Shown here piece by piece: positions 61,083 to 64,000 of a stretch of DNA of 64,000 bases. The stretch is from contig JBKBKD010000012.1 in the NCBI GenBank assembly GCA_046294595.1, positions 5,864 through 69,863 of the forward strand. The letters are read 5' to 3'. The notes under the pieces were generated by a model. That model was given only the letters and a program-made list of their open reading frames with translations. It was not told the origin of the DNA and searched no databases. A program made the translations under genes and the position numbers. The stretch is from Novosphingobium sp. (GTDB lineage Bacteria; Pseudomonadota; Alphaproteobacteria; Sphingomonadales; Sphingomonadaceae). Within the stretch, counting starts at the first letter, position 1; each line of letters starts with the position of its first letter.

Positions 61083-61802
61083 TCAGCCCAGCGGACGCTG
61101 CGTCGCAAAGACCTTTTTCACGTATTCCTCGCTCAGCCATGCGCAGCCATCACCGCGCACGAACAGGCAGACATCGCCCTTGCGGAACCCCACGCTGCCG
61201 TTCCGGTCGCTGAATGTCACCGCCCCTTCCATCAGCAGCATGAGTTCCACCTGCCGGTAGGGAATCTGGCGGCGGTGATAGGGCGTGGAATCCCATGTGC
61301 CGGCGCAGAACTCGGCATTGGCCGAAACATAGTCGGAAAACCCGCGGCAGGTCGGCACTTCGCCCAGAAGGTTCTCGCTTGCTGGCGGGCTCGAAGGATT
61401 GAGCGGCGCATTCTTGTCGATCATCACCGGCACCGTGACGTTTCCGGCCCGGTCGGTCGGCGCGGAATAGACAAGCGCCAGCAGATCCTCCGATGCCGTC
61501 CAGCCAAAACCGCAACCGAATGGCAGCGCGCAGCAATCGTCCGGCCCCAGCACCAGTGCCGCCGCCCCCTCGGCCGCAATCTCCAGCCTGCCCTTCAGCA
61601 CAAGCACGAACTCGTCGCTCGGCAGAAAGGCAACCCGCCCAGTCCCGCGCAGCGCAAAGGCGCACACCACCGCCTTGTCATCGGCAAATGCCGGTGCGGC
61701 GCGGCCGTCCAGCCAATCGGCCGATGGTGCCGTCCCTTCCGCATAGGCGCGCAGGTCCATCACCGCACCCACCGCCGTTTCACCTGCTTTCAAGGTCATC
61801 AT
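61083..61802 (-). CDS. Bicupin, DUF861/EutQ-like
   Basis: DEFVLVLKGRL, GTWDSTPY and ELMLLMEGAVT. Confidence 0.85.
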   Translation of the reverse strand: MMTLKAGETAVGAVMDLRAYAEGTAPSADWLDGRAAPAFADDKAVVCAFALRGTGRVAFLPSDEFVLVLKGRLEIAAEGAAALVLGPDDCCALPFGCGFGWTASEDLLALVYSAPTDRAGNVTVPVMIDKNAPLNPSSPPASENLLGEVPTCRGFSDYVSANAEFCAGTWDSTPYHRRQIPYRQVELMLLMEGAVTFSDRNGSVGFRKGDVCLFVRGDGCAWLSEEYVKKVFATQRPLG

Positions 61803-62755
61803 GCGTGCTCTCTTTCCGGTCCGGAAACCTGTCTGTCCTGTGCCTCTTTCGCGGCGATCAGGCTGCGTGCGATGGTCAGATCCTGCAAGGCGATGCCCGA
61901 ACTGTCGAACACGGTGATCTGTCCGGGCGATGTGCGCCCCGCGGCCCTGCCCAGCAGCACATCGCCCAGCGCCGTGATCCGGGCGCGATCGCCGGTGAAG
62001 TGCTGCAAATCGCCCATGACCACGGCCTGCGCCGGGTGATCGCAGAACAGCGCCGCGCGTTCGAACAGCGCGGGCGGCAGTTCCTGCTTGCCTGCCGCGT
62101 CCGATCCCATGCTGGCCACATGCGTGCCGGGCCGCACCCAGTCCGCCTCGAACAAGGGCGCACGCGCGGGCGTCGCGGTCACGATGATGTCCGCGCGCGT
62201 GCAGGCCTCCTGCGCGCCTGCCAGCGCGGCGCGCAGTCCTGCGGCTTCGAGCGCGTCCGCAAAGTCGCGGCCCTTCGCCTCGTCGCGCGCCACGACCAGC
62301 ACCTGGGTGATTGGCCTGATGCGCGCGATGGCAAGACATTCGAACAGTGCCTGGTTGCCCGCTCCGAAGATCGCCAGAACCGAGGCATCGGGCCGCGCCA
62401 GCGCATCGGCCGCAACCGCATCGGCCGCAGCCGTGCGATAGGCGTTGACCTTGCCTGCCTCGATCACCCATTCGACCCGGCCGATGCGCTGGTCGAACAG
62501 CAGGATCACCGAATTGTGCCGGGGCAGGCCGATCCCCGCATTGCCCGGCCAGAACGATCCCACCTTCAGCCCCGCAAAGGCGCCGGTCGCGGCCGACTTG
62601 ATCGAGAAGCGGTTCGCCGCATCGGAACCATGCGCCAGCACGGCGGGAAACAGCACCGCATCCTCGACCACCGCGCACAGCGCCTCGCGCGCTGCGGCAA
62701 AGGCCATCGCGTGCGTCACCAGCGCGGCGGATTCATCCTCGGAAATGAACTTCAA
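61799..62755 (-). CDS. Ornithine cyclodeaminase/mu-crystallin family (imine reductase-like)
   Basis: GLKVGSFWPGN, YRTAAA, GAGNQA, MGSD..GKQE and FDSSGIALQD. TTG start with CAGGAG RBS. Confidence 0.9.
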   Translation of the reverse strand: MKFISEDESAALVTHAMAFAAAREALCAVVEDAVLFPAVLAHGSDAANRFSIKSAATGAFAGLKVGSFWPGNAGIGLPRHNSVILLFDQRIGRVEWVIEAGKVNAYRTAAADAVAADALARPDASVLAIFGAGNQALFECLAIARIRPITQVLVVARDEAKGRDFADALEAAGLRAALAGAQEACTRADIIVTATPARAPLFEADWVRPGTHVASMGSDAAGKQELPPALFERAALFCDHPAQAVVMGDLQHFTGDRARITALGDVLLGRAAGRTSPGQITVFDSSGIALQDLTIARSLIAAKEAQDRQVSGPEREHA

Positions 62756-62781
62756 GACAGGCTCCTGTTTCAGCGGATCAC

Positions 62782-64000
62782 TCAGCCTGCAAGCTCGGCC
62801 TGCAACCGGTGACACAGCACGGCATTGCCCCCGTCCATCGCGCGCAGCGGCGGCGGGGCCGTGTCGCAGCGGCCTGCAATTGCCACCGGGCAGCGCGGCA
62901 GGAACCGGCAAAGCCCCGCAGCATCGTCCGGCGCGGAAAGGCGCGGTCCGTCCTTCCGGCCCACTTCGGAAAGCCAGTCGGTGCGCAGTTCCGGCACGGA
63001 GGAAATGAGCAGATCGGTATAGGGGTGAAAGGGCGGCGCGGCATAGGCACTGGCCGGGCCGCTTTCCACGCGGGTGCCCTTGTAAAGCACCACGATCTCG
63101 TCACACAGCGCCTGGACCGTGGCAATGTCGTGGCTGATGAACAGATAGGCCACGCCCAGATCGCGCCGCAGTTCTGCCAGAAGTTCCAGAATGGCCTCGC
63201 GCACCACGGTATCCAGCGCCGATGTCACCTCGTCGCACAGGATCAGGTCGGGCTTTGCGGCCAGCGCGCGGGCAAGGTTGATGCGCTGCTTCTGCCCGCC
63301 CGAAAGCTCGTCGCAGCGGCGCGTCGCAACCGCTGCGGGCAGCCGGATGAGATCCAGCAGCTCCGCCACGCGCGCCATGGCCGCCGGGCCGCTGATGCCA
63401 TCGTAGAAGCGCAGCACCCGGCCCAGGATCTCGCCAACCGTATGCGCCGGGTTCAGCGCGATGTCGGCATTCTGGAACACGATCTGGATGCGCCGAAGTT
63501 CCTCGCGCGAACGATGTTTCAGGGAACGCGCCAGCGGCTTCCCGTCAAGCAGCACCGTGCCTGCGCTGGGCGCCAGCAGGCCCGCCACCACGCGCGCCAC
63601 GGTCGATTTTCCTGAACCGGATTCGCCGATCACGCCAACCGCCGCGCCCCGGCCGATCGCCAGGCTCACATCGCTCAGCACCGGGTGCGCGGGCCGGCCT
63701 TCGCGGTCAACCGGACCATAGCCCGCGCAGATCCCCTCGATGCTCAGCAGCGGGCTGCCCGTGGCAGGCGCGGGGACCGCCGCCTTCACCACGGGGCGCG
63801 CCGCCGCCAGCAGGGTGCGCGTATAATCGTCTGCCGGGGTTTCCAGCACCGCGCGCACGGCGTTCTGTTCGCGCACCTTGCCCCGGTTCAGCACGAGGAT
63901 CCGGTCGGCCATCTGCGCCACGACCGCCAGATCGTGCGAGACATAGACGCCCGTAGCCCCCTGATCGCGCACGACCTTGCGGAAGGCTTGCAGCACTTCC
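62782..64000 (-). CDS. Dpp/Opp-type ABC transporter ATP-binding protein with two fused ATPase domains (5' end outside window)
   Basis: End of the first domain YVSHDLAVV. Second domain GESGSGKST, LSGGQKQR, CDEVTSALD and HPYT tail. Confidence 0.9.
   Translation of the reverse strand, partial: EVLQAFRKVVRDQGATGVYVSHDLAVVAQMADRILVLNRGKVREQNAVRAVLETPADDYTRTLLAAARPVVKAAVPAPATGSPLLSIEGICAGYGPVDREGRPAHPVLSDVSLAIGRGAAVGVIGESGSGKSTVARVVAGLLAPSAGTVLLDGKPLARSLKHRSREELRRIQIVFQNADIALNPAHTVGEILGRVLRFYDGISGPAAMARVAELLDLIRLPAAVATRRCDELSGGQKQRINLARALAAKPDLILCDEVTSALDTVVREAILELLAELRRDLGVAYLFISHDIATVQALCDEIVVLYKGTRVESGPASAYAAPPFHPYTDLLISSVPELRTDWLSEVGRKDGPRLSAPDDAAGLCRFLPRCPVAIAGRCDTAPPPLRAMDGGNAVLCHRLQAELAG

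Noticed and set aside
58852-62755. Canonical beta-hydroxyaspartate cycle (bhcABCD) or ectoine (eut/doe) operon
   Set aside because: No class V aminotransferase, fold-II dehydratase, IclR regulator or M24 ectoine hydrolase in the window. The PLP enzyme looks like the dehydratase type rather than the aldolase.

Overview
GC-rich alphaproteobacterial chromosomal window. Gene content and order point to a sphingomonad such as Novosphingobium; this is an inference. (1) 1-10.8 kb: lignin-derived aromatic catabolism cluster. It holds ligM (partial, missed by the ORF track), purU, a VOC protein, a TauD-like dioxygenase, an esterase, a DUF442-like protein, a CouO-like amidohydrolase, an aldehyde dehydrogenase, a PQQ quinohemoprotein alcohol dehydrogenase and an acyl-CoA ligase. 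Three copies of a GTATG-N5-CATAC-type operator tie these units together. (2) 11-39.6 kb: mostly housekeeping (GST, cobS, truA-fmt, recR-def-rmuC, chvI-chvG-hprK-rapZ-EIIA-HPr, pckA, J-domain/bolA, hisG-hisD-nusB). Accessory inserts are a convergent olsB/olsA-like pair, an FHA-adenylate cyclase and a GH43. (3) 39.6-45.1 kb: copper-resistance genes copAB and copCD wired to a CnrYXH-type ECF sigma/anti-sigma/periplasmic sensor, with three identically spaced GAGGGAT-N14-CGTA promoter motifs. (4) 46.5-64 kb: a long minus-strand amine/amino-acid catabolic island of unknown substrate, interrupted by two exported proteins with an N-terminal His. The best candidates for undescribed systems are a PQQ/CoA-dependent route for arylpropanones (HPV-like), a copper-associated CnrYXH regulon and the hydroxyaspartate/tartrate-linked island. 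No rRNA, tRNA, CRISPR array or transposase was recognised. All family calls come from motif recognition and recalled sequences, not database searches.
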